Both the position numbers and the translations under genes were made by a program. Of a stretch of DNA of 64,000 bases, positions 39,169-48,639 are shown piece after piece (the stretch's first letter is position 1; each line of letters begins with the position of its first letter). The stretch covers positions 37 to 64,036 of the forward strand of contig JAACED010000003.1 of assembly GCA_011682695.1 (NCBI GenBank). Direction: 5' to 3'. A model generated the notes under the pieces. The model was not told the origin of the DNA, did no database searches, and worked only from the letters and a program-made list of their open reading frames with translations. This DNA comes from Gammaproteobacteria bacterium. Its GTDB lineage: Bacteria > Actinomycetota > Acidimicrobiia > Spongiisociales > UBA4744.

Positions 39169-40085
39169 AGCAGATCGATCATCCAGGCTGCAAAGTCACG
39201 GGCGGCTGGAGGGTCGGCGATCCTCGTGTCCCGAATGTGGATTCGCACGCCGAGACCGTTGAGGCGGCTGCGATCGGGAGCGTCGCCGAGGTCGATGACA
39301 AAGTCGTGCAGCAACCCGTGGTACGCCTCCAGCACCCCCTTGTTGCCTGCGGACATGCCGAGCGATCGGAGCACCGTATGGGCCGGTCCCCTCAGAGCAC
39401 GTCCACCGAACAGTGGGCTGACACAGATCACCCGCTTCGCGGAGGCGACCGCGTCGGCGACACCAGGGACGGCGAGCATCGGCCAGATGGAGAGCGGTGG
39501 GTTGGACGGCGCGATCGCAACAAGATCGGCATCGGCGATAGCGTCGAGCACTCCGGGCGCAGGCTCGGATTGGTCGGCGCCATTGAAATGGACGTCGAGA
39601 ACCTCGTCTTTGTGAGAGCGCATAACGAAGTACTCCTGGAATCGAATCCACATCTCGTCATCGACGCGAATGATGGTCTGGAGCCGGTCATCGGTGACGG
39701 GTATGACCGAAGCTCTCAGGGAGAAGGCCGATCCGATCAGCCTGGTCACCTCAGACAGCGGTGTTCCATCCTGAAGCAGCTTGGTACGGAACAGATTCGT
39801 GGCCAGATCCCGATCACCGATCCGGAAGCTCGTGTCGATGCCGAAGGAGGAGAGATGGTCCATCACCTCGAACTCATCACCGTCGATGCCCCAACCGTGC
39901 TGCCCTTCCAGACCGGCAAGGGTGTAGGTGACCGTATCGATGTCCGGAGACACGTTGAGGCCGTAAATGACGTCGTCGTCGCCGACGTTGACGATCACCG
40001 AGAGGTCGATGTCGTCGAGCGCATCGAGGCCGCGAGCAAGCCGGGCACCCCCTACGCCACCCGAGAGGAGGGCAACACGGATCAT
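39165..40085 (-). CDS. cofD: 2-phospho-L-lactate (or EPPG) transferase CofD/FbiA
   Basis: ATG 40085. N-terminus MIRVALLSGGVGGARLARGL…IVNVGDDD… is typical of CofD. 4-bp overlap with cofE. Confidence 0.85.
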   Translation of the reverse strand: MIRVALLSGGVGGARLARGLDALDDIDLSVIVNVGDDDVIYGLNVSPDIDTVTYTLAGLEGQHGWGIDGDEFEVMDHLSSFGIDTSFRIGDRDLATNLFRTKLLQDGTPLSEVTRLIGSAFSLRASVIPVTDDRLQTIIRVDDEMWIRFQEYFVMRSHKDEVLDVHFNGADQSEPAPGVLDAIADADLVAIAPSNPPLSIWPMLAVPGVADAVASAKRVICVSPLFGGRALRGPAHTVLRSLGMSAGNKGVLEAYHGLLHDFVIDLGDAPDRSRLNGLGVRIHIRDTRIADPPAARDFAAWMIDLL

Positions 40086-40142
40086 TGATCCGCGACCCGT
40101 CGGATTGCGGTGACGCTTCGCTCCCTCCACAATGGCTTCGGC

Positions 40143-42884
40143 ATGTCATCCCCCGATCCCGCTTCAGTACTCGCGGCCGTCATGGTGCGCGCCGGAACAT
40201 TGACCGACGCACTCGATGCGATCGCGGCACAAGTCTACGAGCCGAGCACGATCGCCGCGGTGGGCGGTGGCGAGGTCGCGCAGGCACTGGCCAAGGAGCG
40301 GAAGATCTCCTGGGTGCCCACACCCACCGCGTTGGCCGACCTCCTTGGCCCAGAGATCACCCACGTATGGTTTCTGCACGACGACGCCGAACCTCGACCC
40401 GACGCGCTCGGCGCCATGGTGAGAGAACTCGAGAGGGTCGACGCTTCAGTCGTCGGCGCCAAGCTGCTGCACGCCGACAGCCCCGAAACACTCGAGCTGG
40501 TCGGAGCGGCTACCGATGTTTTCTGCGTTCCCTACACGGGCCTCGAGCAGGACGAACGCGACCAGGAACAGTACGACGTCGTGCGAGACGTCGCCTACAT
40601 CTCCGGGGCCTGCATGCTGGTCCGCAAGGATTTGTTCCTCGGCCTCGGCGGACCCGATCCGACGATGGCGCCCAATGCGGCCGGCATCGACTTCTCCCAA
40701 CGCGCGAGGGTCGCGGGCGGCAGGGTCGTCGTTGTCCCATCGGCGGAGGTGCTGCATCGGGGCACCTGTCGCACCGGAGCACCCTGGCGTGAGGAGGCCG
40801 GTCAGATTCGCGCCTTGGCGAAGGCGTATCGTGGCCTCACCCTGTTCTGGGTCCTTCCGGCAGCGTTCCTCACCGGCCTTGTCGCAGCGTTCGTCCATAC
40901 GTTCACCGATCGTCGCACCGCCCTCGGGCGCTTCGCATTGGCATGGGCGTGGAACCTTCGGCGGCTCCCGTCGACGATTACCGAGCGGAAACGGCTGCAA
41001 AGATCCCGGCTCGTCGGCGACGAGGAGCTCTTCCGCTACCAGGTGCAGGGCTCGGTCGCCCTTCGAGAGGTCGGCGAGGTCCTCGGGGACCGCCTGCGAG
41101 CACGATCATCCGACGGTCGGCTGACGAACCTCGTCGATCGCGGTCGGGGATTCTGGCAGCAGTCCGGATTCATCGCATCGCTCTTCGGTCTGCTCTTCGT
41201 TGCGGTCGCCACCCGATCTATTTGGGAGAACGGGCTTCCCGTGGCCGGCTTCTCGTTGCCGTTGCCGGACTCGGCATGGGCGACTCTGCGCTCCTTCGCC
41301 GGCGGATGGAATCCGGCAGGTCTCGGAAGTGCCAGTCCGATGCTGCCCGTCGTCGGTGCCGCTTCGCTCGTACAACTCGTGCTGTTCTCCAAAGCCGGTC
41401 TGGCCTCCGCGGTGATGACCGCTGGGGCGCTCACGGCCGGGCTGTGGGGAGCGGGAAGGATGCTCGGACGGTTGGGCATCGGGCAGTGGGGGAGAGTGAT
41501 CGGTGCGCTTGCACTGATCGGCGGTCCGGCAGCGAGAGCGTTGGAAGGGGCGAATGCCTGGCCGGGCCTGCTCGCTCTGGGTGTCGCGCCGTGGGCGATC
41601 GCCGTGGCGATCCGTCCATGGCCACAGGGGTGGCGGAACAGGGTTGCCGACGTCGGCACGCTCGCGTTGGCGACAGGAGCCCTCGCCGTCTTCTCACCGG
41701 TGGCACTCGTTCTGCCGGTGAGTGCCCTCATCCTCGGTTCGTTGCTGCGAAGCGGCTGGGGATCGGTCCCGAGGGGTCTCGTCGGCACGGTGCTGGCCGT
41801 GCCGCTGCTGTTCCCATGGTTCTACACGGCAACGCCGGATTGGGTGTTCTCGGGACCCTCGCTGTTCTGGAACCCGAGCCTGTGGACACTTGGGCTGCTG
41901 GCGGTCACGGCTCTGCTGGTGATCGGGTTTGGCGACAAGGAAATCTCGGCAATTGCCGGTTGGGGCACGGTGCTCGTGGCGATGGGCGCCGCAGCGGCAA
42001 GGACCGCAGGACTGGGAGCCGGTCATGAGGTTGCGGTTGCCGGTCTGGTCACGGCTTCGTTGGGCACGGCACTTCTCGCGGGGGCAGCGGTCGATCTCAG
42101 CGGACGGTTGTCGACTTCGAGGCTGTTTCGCAGGATGCTCGTCTCGGTCGGAGCGGTCGGCGGCATGGCGATCGCTGTGGGTGCCTTCCTTCTGATTCCC
42201 GGTGGCAGGGCGGGTTTGGGTCCCGACCAGTTCGGAGCCCAGCTCGAGTTCACCAGTGCACGTGCAGCGGCGCACGGTGTCGACCGGGTGCTCTTGATCG
42301 GTAACGCAGCGGATCTTCCCGGTTCAACGAGGGAGGGCGCCGGGTTCGCGTATCGCTTGATCGGCGGACCGGTGCCGACACTCACCGAAGCCTGGCTTGC
42401 CGGCCCCGGTGTTGGCGACATGGCTCTCGACGCAACACTGGAACGGATCAGTTCCGGCGACGAACTGCGACCTGGAGCCGCTCTTGCCGAGTTCGGGGTT
42501 CGGTGGGTGGTTCTACTTGGCCCGACACCGTTTGATCAGCCACTCGAAACCCAGCTCGACATGCGTCCTCTTCCAGGACTCGACTACGCCGTCTTCGAGA
42601 ATGAGGTTCCTTCGCCGCGTGCAGTCACGACCGATGGTGAAGCGTGGCACTGGAAGCCCCCCGGCTACTGGGGTCCGGCCACCGCACGTGTCGTGGTCAG
42701 AGAGAACGCGCATCCGCGCTGGGGGAGCGCCTGGACGCAGAACGGGTGGGCAAATGAGGTCGACGGGTCCAAAGGTGTCGTCGAGTTCAATGCCGATCCG
42801 ACGCTGAGGCTATTGGCGGAACTGGCAGGCGTGTATCTGCTGCTGGTGCTCGGTGTCGCCACGTTCGCGAGGAAGAGATCATGA
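40143..42884 (+). CDS. Fusion protein: N-terminal GT2-like glycosyltransferase domain, then a large polytopic membrane domain, then a C-terminal extracytoplasmic domain
   Basis: The GT2-like N-terminal part is …SVLAAVMVRAGTLTDALDAI…FLHDDAEP…. More than 10 TM helices follow (aa about 250-620). The start is either ATG 40143 or GTG 40110. Confidence 0.6.
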   Translation: MSSPDPASVLAAVMVRAGTLTDALDAIAAQVYEPSTIAAVGGGEVAQALAKERKISWVPTPTALADLLGPEITHVWFLHDDAEPRPDALGAMVRELERVDASVVGAKLLHADSPETLELVGAATDVFCVPYTGLEQDERDQEQYDVVRDVAYISGACMLVRKDLFLGLGGPDPTMAPNAAGIDFSQRARVAGGRVVVVPSAEVLHRGTCRTGAPWREEAGQIRALAKAYRGLTLFWVLPAAFLTGLVAAFVHTFTDRRTALGRFALAWAWNLRRLPSTITERKRLQRSRLVGDEELFRYQVQGSVALREVGEVLGDRLRARSSDGRLTNLVDRGRGFWQQSGFIASLFGLLFVAVATRSIWENGLPVAGFSLPLPDSAWATLRSFAGGWNPAGLGSASPMLPVVGAASLVQLVLFSKAGLASAVMTAGALTAGLWGAGRMLGRLGIGQWGRVIGALALIGGPAARALEGANAWPGLLALGVAPWAIAVAIRPWPQGWRNRVADVGTLALATGALAVFSPVALVLPVSALILGSLLRSGWGSVPRGLVGTVLAVPLLFPWFYTATPDWVFSGPSLFWNPSLWTLGLLAVTALLVIGFGDKEISAIAGWGTVLVAMGAAAARTAGLGAGHEVAVAGLVTASLGTALLAGAAVDLSGRLSTSRLFRRMLVSVGAVGGMAIAVGAFLLIPGGRAGLGPDQFGAQLEFTSARAAAHGVDRVLLIGNAADLPGSTREGAGFAYRLIGGPVPTLTEAWLAGPGVGDMALDATLERISSGDELRPGAALAEFGVRWVVLLGPTPFDQPLETQLDMRPLPGLDYAVFENEVPSPRAVTTDGEAWHWKPPGYWGPATARVVVRENAHPRWGSAWTQNGWANEVDGSKGVVEFNADPTLRLLAELAGVYLLLVLGVATFARKRS

Positions 42885-44194
42885 AGCGGATGTTGAGTCT
42901 CCTGCTCGTGGCGGCGCTCGGCGTCCTGGCGTGGGCGCTGCCCGCCCCGGAGCCCGAAGAGTCGCCGACGACAACCGTTCCTCCTGCCGTTGTTGCGACA
43001 ACATCGAGCCATTCGACGTGCCCGTGGGCGTTCTCCGACGGTGCCGTCGATACGTTCTTCGTGGCGCAAACCGATGAGGACGCCGACCTTCGTTTCACCT
43101 TCCCGGTCGGAGGAGAGATTCGCAGAACCGTCGAAGAGTCTCAGATCGGACCCGCAGCAGCCGCACTCTCCCTCGCGGGCGTGCTCAACCAGGGGGTTTC
43201 CCCTGCCGTCGTCGAGTTCTCCTCGAGTCCGTCGGCTGCAGGCATCGTCGAGACCGGCGAAGGAGTCATCGCGGCAGACGTCTGCCCCTCGGCGTCGTCG
43301 AAGATCTGGCATCTTCCGGGCGGCTCCACGCTCGAAGGTCAGACACTGCGCCTGGTGTTGTTCAACCCGTTCTCCGATGATGCGAGGGCGAGTGTCGCAG
43401 TCACGAGCGAGGCCGGGTTCGAACCGGTCCCCGCACTCGAGTCGGTCTCGGTCCCGGGACGCTCATGGAAGGTGATCGATCTGAGCGAATTGCTGCCGTT
43501 GCGAGAGCGCCTCTCGGTTTCCGTCGACATGAAGCAAGGTGTCGTGACACCGGCGATGGTGCTTTCCGAAGGTGATGACGAGGCGGTTTGGACCAACGAA
43601 GGTCAGGCGGACCAATGGGACTTCCCGGTGGCCGACGCCGGAGGGCTCATGCCGCGGCTCTCGATCTCCAACGATGGCACCACCCCTGTGGACTATGAGA
43701 TCGACGGCTACTCCACCACCGGGACCGAAATCGCGCTGCTGAGCGGCACCCTTGAGGGCCGTAGTCAGGTGCAACTCGACGTGAGTGGCATCGCCGAAGG
43801 CGTGTTTGGTCTTCGGCTACGGGCCAGCGGTCCGGTGGCTGCAACGCTGATCGCCGACGATGGGGTGCGGGTCGCTGCGACTGCCGGCGTGACCGTGTCG
43901 GCCACGCGATGGATGCTCCCCGGCTTCGGCATGGCCGGAATCTCGACACTATGGGTGATGAACGCCGGAGTCGAGACAACGACCGTGACCTATCGCCTCC
44001 TCGACGCAGGTGGCGCACTGGGCGACGTCGAGAAGGTTGCTGTTCTCCCAGGGCGCATTCTCGCGGTCCCCACCGTGCCGATCGGAGCTTCGGGCCTCGT
44101 GGTCGAGGCCAGCCATCCGATCAGCGTCGCATGGACGATGGAACGTGACGGAGCCATCGCCTATGCGAGCGGGGTACCGATGACTGGCCAGTAG
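42881..44194 (+). CDS. Secreted hypothetical protein; coupled to the GT2-membrane fusion by a 4-bp overlap
   Basis: Signal peptide MKRMLSLLLVAALGVLAWALPAPEP. No catalytic motifs recognised. Confidence 0.5.
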   Translation: MKRMLSLLLVAALGVLAWALPAPEPEESPTTTVPPAVVATTSSHSTCPWAFSDGAVDTFFVAQTDEDADLRFTFPVGGEIRRTVEESQIGPAAAALSLAGVLNQGVSPAVVEFSSSPSAAGIVETGEGVIAADVCPSASSKIWHLPGGSTLEGQTLRLVLFNPFSDDARASVAVTSEAGFEPVPALESVSVPGRSWKVIDLSELLPLRERLSVSVDMKQGVVTPAMVLSEGDDEAVWTNEGQADQWDFPVADAGGLMPRLSISNDGTTPVDYEIDGYSTTGTEIALLSGTLEGRSQVQLDVSGIAEGVFGLRLRASGPVAATLIADDGVRVAATAGVTVSATRWMLPGFGMAGISTLWVMNAGVETTTVTYRLLDAGGALGDVEKVAVLPGRILAVPTVPIGASGLVVEASHPISVAWTMERDGAIAYASGVPMTGQ

Positions 44195-44207
44195 CAGCGG
44201 GTGTACT

Positions 44208-44262
44208 CCTGAACCCAGGGCTCGTAGGTACCCTATGGGTACCCCTGAGCCCTGGGTTCAGG
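44208..44262 (+). terminator. Perfect 16-bp-stem hairpin with a nested 7-bp inner stem, 14 nt after the stop of the 42881-44194 gene. Terminator-like, no U-tract.
   Basis: cctgaacccagggctc gtaggtaccctatgggtacccct gagccctgggttcagg. Confidence 0.5.
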
Positions 44263-44334
44263 GATTCTGGACACGGGAACCTGGAAAACATCCCGATCCT
44301 TGGTCCTGAGAGGACGGGCCGGTACCGTTACCGC

Positions 44335-44559
44335 ATGCTTGCTATGTGCGTTCGATGTGGTACTCCTGCGGGAGCCGTGATGTCCTACAACTACGACGAC
44401 CGGTCGGTCCGGCTCGATGACCTCCTCGGCGCAGTTGAGCCGGGCACCGGCTATCACCTGTGCGCTTCACACTCGGATCGACTGTCACCGCCGCTCGGAT
44501 GGACGCTCACCGACCACCGAAGCACCTCGCGGCTGTTCGCTCCCCTCGAAGTGGCCTAG
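44335..44559 (+). CDS. DUF3499-family small Cys-containing protein (actinobacterial Rv3258c-like)
   Basis: The pattern C-R-C-G…Y.YDD…L…DLC..H….PLGW.L.D. matches the DUF3499 pattern as I recall it from mycobacterial Rv3258c. Confidence 0.55.
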   Translation: MLAMCVRCGTPAGAVMSYNYDDRSVRLDDLLGAVEPGTGYHLCASHSDRLSPPLGWTLTDHRSTSRLFAPLEVA

Positions 44560-44846
44560 CGCCGGTGGCCATCGATCGGGATCTGCTCGACGCGGTCCGC
44601 GAACTCGATACGCACGAACTCCAACGGCTTGTCATCCTGGCGCGGGCGCGCCTCGAGTCGGTCGGTGCGATCACCCCGGGGGCGGATGTGAACGTCAGTC
44701 TGCGGGAACAATGGATCCGATGCGGCAAACAGTCGTGTTCGCGATGCCCCCATGGACCGTACTGGTACGCCTACTGGACCGAGAACGGACGGAGGCGGAC
44801 ACGCTACGTGGGCAAACTGCCCAAAGAACCCGTAAAACTCAGGTAA
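44499..44846 (+). CDS. Hypothetical small protein with a C-terminal Cys/His cluster (…CGKQSCSRCPHGPYWYAYW…); start uncertain
   Basis: ORF 44460-44846. It overlaps the DUF3499 3' end, so an internal start was taken (ATG 44499 or GTG 44565). Confidence 0.35.
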   Translation: MDAHRPPKHLAAVRSPRSGLAPVAIDRDLLDAVRELDTHELQRLVILARARLESVGAITPGADVNVSLREQWIRCGKQSCSRCPHGPYWYAYWTENGRRRTRYVGKLPKEPVKLR

Positions 44847-44870
44847 GCTCTTTGTGCCGCGACGAAGGGG

Positions 44871-45053
44871 TTGGGCGTGCACTGTCCGAAGTGCCGAGCT
44901 CGTGACGTGATAGAAATCGACCATCGGTTGCCCGATGGCTCCGAAGTTCACTTCTACTCGTGTCACAAGTGTGAAGAAAAATGGTGGGACAAGGATGGCG
45001 AGCACCTTCCCTTGGCCGAAGTCCTCGACCTTGCGCGGAAACGTCGCTCCTGA
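44871..45053 (+). CDS. Small zinc-ribbon protein (CPKC…CHKC)
   Basis: 60 aa: MGVHCPKCRARDVIEIDHRLPDGSEVHFYSCHKCEEKWWD. Confidence 0.45.
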   Translation: MGVHCPKCRARDVIEIDHRLPDGSEVHFYSCHKCEEKWWDKDGEHLPLAEVLDLARKRRS

Positions 45054-45063
45054 CCGTCCCTTC

Positions 45064-47322
45064 GTGAACCCCGACCACAGACGCGAGTCGACCCCGCTCT
45101 GGGTAGTGGCCGCGGGCATCGGATTCGCGGTTGCAGCGGTCTTCATCGTCATGAACCCGGTGCTGCTGCTGTCACCGAACACGCCGTCCGGTGGGGACAT
45201 GGGCGCCCACGTGGCGGTCCCCGCGTACCTGCGCGACGTGATGCTGCCGGAAGGCAGAATCCTCGGCTGGAGCAACGACTGGTTCGCGGGCTATCCGTTC
45301 CTCTTCTTCTACTTCCCGATCCCGGCCCTGGCCACCGTGCTGCTCGACGTGTTCATCCCGTACGGTGTCGCGTTCAAGATCGTCTCGATTCTCGGTCTTC
45401 TGGCACTCGCCCCGGCGACCTACTTCCTGGTGAGAACGATGGGGTTCTCGCGGTTCACCTCGACGGTTGCAGGAGCCGCCGGCGGGGCGTTCGTGTTCAT
45501 GGAGAGCTTCTCGATCTACGGCGGCAACATTCCGTCCACGCTGGCAGGCGAGTTCTCGTTTTCGTGGTCGTTCGCGCTCGTGATGGTGTACCTGGGCCTG
45601 CTGATTCAGATCGTCCGGGACGGAAAGCGCAAGGTCCCGCTTGCCGGTCTCGTCCTGGGCCTCATGGCGCTGACCCACCTCATCACCACCCTCGCCGTGA
45701 TCATCGCATCGCTCCCCGTGATGCGGTGGAAGGGGGGAATCAAGAAGACGGTTGCGACATGGGTCCTTGGTTTCTCCGTGGCCGCCTTCTGGGCGATTCC
45801 ACTGCTGACCAGGGTCAGGTACTCGTCGGATATGGCCTGGGTTCCCCTTTCGGGATGGAAGAACATCCTGCCGGAAGAGATCTGGATGCTGCTCCTGCCG
45901 GCGGTCATCGGCCTGATCATCGCCGCTCGCCGGACGACGAAGGTGACACCGTTCGTGACCCTGACGATCTTTCCTGTCGTCTACTACTGGTTGATCCAGT
46001 ACATCCCCGAATGGCTCCCCGCGCGCTTTCACCAGATCCAGGGCAAGTTGTGGAACGGGCGCTTCCTGCCGTTCTTCTTCTTCGGCGTGTGGGTGTTTGC
46101 CGGCATAGCGCTCGGTGTGGCGCTGAAAGCGCTGTCACGCCATCTGCCGGAGCGGTTCGGCGTCTGGTGGGTTCGGGGACTCATCGTTGTCGGAACCGTC
46201 GTGGCTTTCCTCGTCTCCGATCAGGTCGTGTTGGGGGGAGTTCCCGGATGGATCGCGATCGGTGTCGGCGCCCTCGCATTCGCCGGAACCTTCTCCCTGC
46301 CTCAACGGGTTCAGGTTGCTTCCGTGCTGCCGATCACCGGAGCGGTCATCATCGTTTCCGCCTCGCTGGCAGGGATGACCTTCATCCCCGGGTGGGTCCA
46401 GTGGAACTTCTCCGGGTATGAAGGCAAGGCGGCCGCACCCGAGTACTTCGCGCTGATGGACACGCTGGATGGGCTCCCCGGCGGCAGGGTCCAGTGGGAG
46501 TACAACAAGGACCAGAACAAGTACGGGACGCCGATGAGCCTGATGCTGATTCCCTACTGGACCGAGGGGAAAGACGCTTCGATGGAGGGCCTGTTCTTCG
46601 AGTCGTCACTCACCACGTCGTTTCACTTCCTCAACCAGGCCGAGATGAGCCAGGCGCCTTCCAGTCCGGTGCCCGGGCTGAACTACCACCGCTTCGATTT
46701 CGACCGGGGTCTCGAACACCTCGCGCTCTACAACGTCCGCTACTACATCTCCTACACCGACGAGGCCAAGGAGAAGGCTCTCGACACGCCCGAGCTGAGG
46801 TTCATCACCGAATCGGACCCGTTCGCCATCTTTGAGCTGCCAGAGTCGTCGCTCGTCGACGTGGCCGGCTACGTGCCGGCGGTCTATGAGGGGTCGGACT
46901 TCACCCAGGCCACCCTGGACTGGTATGACCGCAAGGGACAGCTGGACCACTGGCTGGTTTCGGACGGTCCCGCGGACTGGCCACGGGTCGGTGACGATCT
47001 GGAGATCCCCTCGATCGCCGAGGCGAATGGCGGTGTCGTCAGCAACGTCGAGTTGGAGAACGACCGCATCTCGTTCCACACGACCGCCGTCGGCGTTCCG
47101 CACATGGTCAAGGTCTCCTACTTCCCCGACTGGCGGGCGATCGGAGCGGACGGCCCGTATCGTGCGGCGCCTTCGCTGATGATCGTCGTTCCGACCCAGG
47201 AAGACGTCGTACTCCAGTTCCGGTCTTCGGCGGCCGAAAAGGCGGGCATGGTGCTCACGATCGTTGCATTGATCTTCATCGCCGGCGCCGCCATCCAGCA
47301 GCACCGGAGAGTTGCACGGTGA
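45064..47322 (+). CDS. Large polytopic membrane protein. Probable GT-C-type polyprenol-phosphate-sugar-dependent glycosyltransferase (GtrC-like role) with extracytoplasmic domains.
   Basis: GTG 45064 lies 10 bp after the Zn-ribbon stop. A first TM helix is followed by the loop motif SGGDMGAH. About 12 TM helices are followed by a 330-aa C-terminal soluble region and a final TM helix. It is co-located with the GtrA and GT2 genes. Confidence 0.55.
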   Translation: MNPDHRRESTPLWVVAAGIGFAVAAVFIVMNPVLLLSPNTPSGGDMGAHVAVPAYLRDVMLPEGRILGWSNDWFAGYPFLFFYFPIPALATVLLDVFIPYGVAFKIVSILGLLALAPATYFLVRTMGFSRFTSTVAGAAGGAFVFMESFSIYGGNIPSTLAGEFSFSWSFALVMVYLGLLIQIVRDGKRKVPLAGLVLGLMALTHLITTLAVIIASLPVMRWKGGIKKTVATWVLGFSVAAFWAIPLLTRVRYSSDMAWVPLSGWKNILPEEIWMLLLPAVIGLIIAARRTTKVTPFVTLTIFPVVYYWLIQYIPEWLPARFHQIQGKLWNGRFLPFFFFGVWVFAGIALGVALKALSRHLPERFGVWWVRGLIVVGTVVAFLVSDQVVLGGVPGWIAIGVGALAFAGTFSLPQRVQVASVLPITGAVIIVSASLAGMTFIPGWVQWNFSGYEGKAAAPEYFALMDTLDGLPGGRVQWEYNKDQNKYGTPMSLMLIPYWTEGKDASMEGLFFESSLTTSFHFLNQAEMSQAPSSPVPGLNYHRFDFDRGLEHLALYNVRYYISYTDEAKEKALDTPELRFITESDPFAIFELPESSLVDVAGYVPAVYEGSDFTQATLDWYDRKGQLDHWLVSDGPADWPRVGDDLEIPSIAEANGGVVSNVELENDRISFHTTAVGVPHMVKVSYFPDWRAIGADGPYRAAPSLMIVVPTQEDVVLQFRSSAAEKAGMVLTIVALIFIAGAAIQQHRRVAR

Positions 47323-47783
47323 AGAACTACGTGCGCAGTTTTCTCACTCGTGAAGCAGCCGGCCAGTTCGTCCGGCTCAGTCTGATCGGTGGTCTGAACA
47401 CGCTGGTCTACTTCGCTCTTCTGAACATCTTCCGATGGGGGGTCCACCTGTCATCGTTCTGGTCGGTGACGTTTGCCTTCGCTCTGGCGACCGCGCTGTC
47501 GTATGTGCTGAACCGCCGGTGGACGTTCAGGATCAAAGAGGGTCGCGGTTCGGTCCGTGAGACGGTCTGGTTCTACATCGTGAACCTTGCAGCGTGGGCG
47601 GTGACCGTCGCCGTCGTCAAGACCGCAGAGTGGCTGTTCGGAGAACTCGGTCCGTTCGCGCTCAACGCCGCCAACATCGTTGCCACGGGATTCATCCTCC
47701 TCCCCAAGTTCGCCTCGTACCGCGACCTGGTGTTCGGCAAGGCCCTCCGGCATCAGCGCAGCGACACCACTCCCGCCGAGTAG
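47319..47783 (+). CDS. GtrA-family membrane protein (polyprenol-phosphate-sugar flippase-like)
   Basis: ATGA overlap with the upstream gene. FVRLSLIGGLNTLVYFALLNIFRWG…ALSYVLNRRWTFR is GtrA-like. Confidence 0.8.
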   Translation: MKNYVRSFLTREAAGQFVRLSLIGGLNTLVYFALLNIFRWGVHLSSFWSVTFAFALATALSYVLNRRWTFRIKEGRGSVRETVWFYIVNLAAWAVTVAVVKTAEWLFGELGPFALNAANIVATGFILLPKFASYRDLVFGKALRHQRSDTTPAE

Positions 47784-47816
47784 ACACCCATCCCTTCTCA
47801 TGGCGGCTGTGCGGGA

Positions 47817-48545
47817 TTACTCCCGTGAAGCGTCACGAGAGCGAAGAGACCACCAGAAGATCTTGAAGGTGTCCCTGCCCATCTCCCAGAGCGTCGAGAG
47901 CGACAGAGGCGCCGACGACGCTCCCACCCGAAGAGCGATGGGAACTTCACCGATGCGAGCGCCTGCTCGGTCGGCCCGGACGAGCAGTTCGAGGTCGAAC
48001 GCGTAGCGGGTCACTTGAAGGTCCGACAGCACCGCTTGGAGCACGTCACGCCGGAACAGTTTCAGTCCCGTCTGCGTCTCAGTGACCTGAAGCCGGAACA
48101 GGATCCGGGTGACGAGGCGGAAGACACCGCTGAGTATCCGTCGCTTCCACGGGTAGCGCCCTCCGCTCATCCCGTACCGTTTCGTTCCGACCAGGACGTC
48201 GAGGTCCCGTTCGGAGAGCGTCTCGACCAGATCGGGGATCTGTTCCGGGGGTAGGTCGAGGTCACCATCGAGGAGCACCACCACCGGTCGGTCCGTGGCC
48301 AAACCGCCGGTTCTGAGCGCACCACCTTTCCCCAGGTTGGTGTCGTGGCGGAGCACCCGGACTCCAGCGACTTCGCCGGCGGCCTTCATCGCCTCATCGA
48401 ACGTCTCATCGGTGCTCCCGTCGTCCACGACGATGATCTCCGATCCGGGCAGGGTCTCAAGGACGGAGGCGACAGTGAGGATGTTGTCGTGAATCGAAGA
48501 GCCCAACTGGTAGGCAGGCATCACGACGGAGACAGGAGTGGACAA
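47817..48545 (-). CDS. GT2 polyprenol-phosphate mannose/glucose synthase-like (Ppm1/GtrB-type)
   Basis: VSVVMPAYQLGSSIHDNI…IIVVDDGSTDET…VLRHDTNLGKGGALRTGGLATDRPVVVLLDGDLD. Confidence 0.8.
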   Translation of the reverse strand: MSTPVSVVMPAYQLGSSIHDNILTVASVLETLPGSEIIVVDDGSTDETFDEAMKAAGEVAGVRVLRHDTNLGKGGALRTGGLATDRPVVVLLDGDLDLPPEQIPDLVETLSERDLDVLVGTKRYGMSGGRYPWKRRILSGVFRLVTRILFRLQVTETQTGLKLFRRDVLQAVLSDLQVTRYAFDLELLVRADRAGARIGEVPIALRVGASSAPLSLSTLWEMGRDTFKIFWWSLRSRDASRE

Positions 48546-48639
48546 AGCACGGGGAGTCTAGGGCCAACTGCCACCCGTTCTGGTGACGTTTCGGAGGAAT
48601 AGTCCCATTCGAGCGTCACGAGAAGGGGTGGGGAGAGAC

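Noticed and set aside
44460-44559. Track start 44460 for the small Cys-cluster protein, overlapping DUF3499 by 100 bp
   Set aside because: Such a long out-of-frame overlap is unlikely. An internal start (44499 or 44565) was preferred, and the gene itself is low-confidence.
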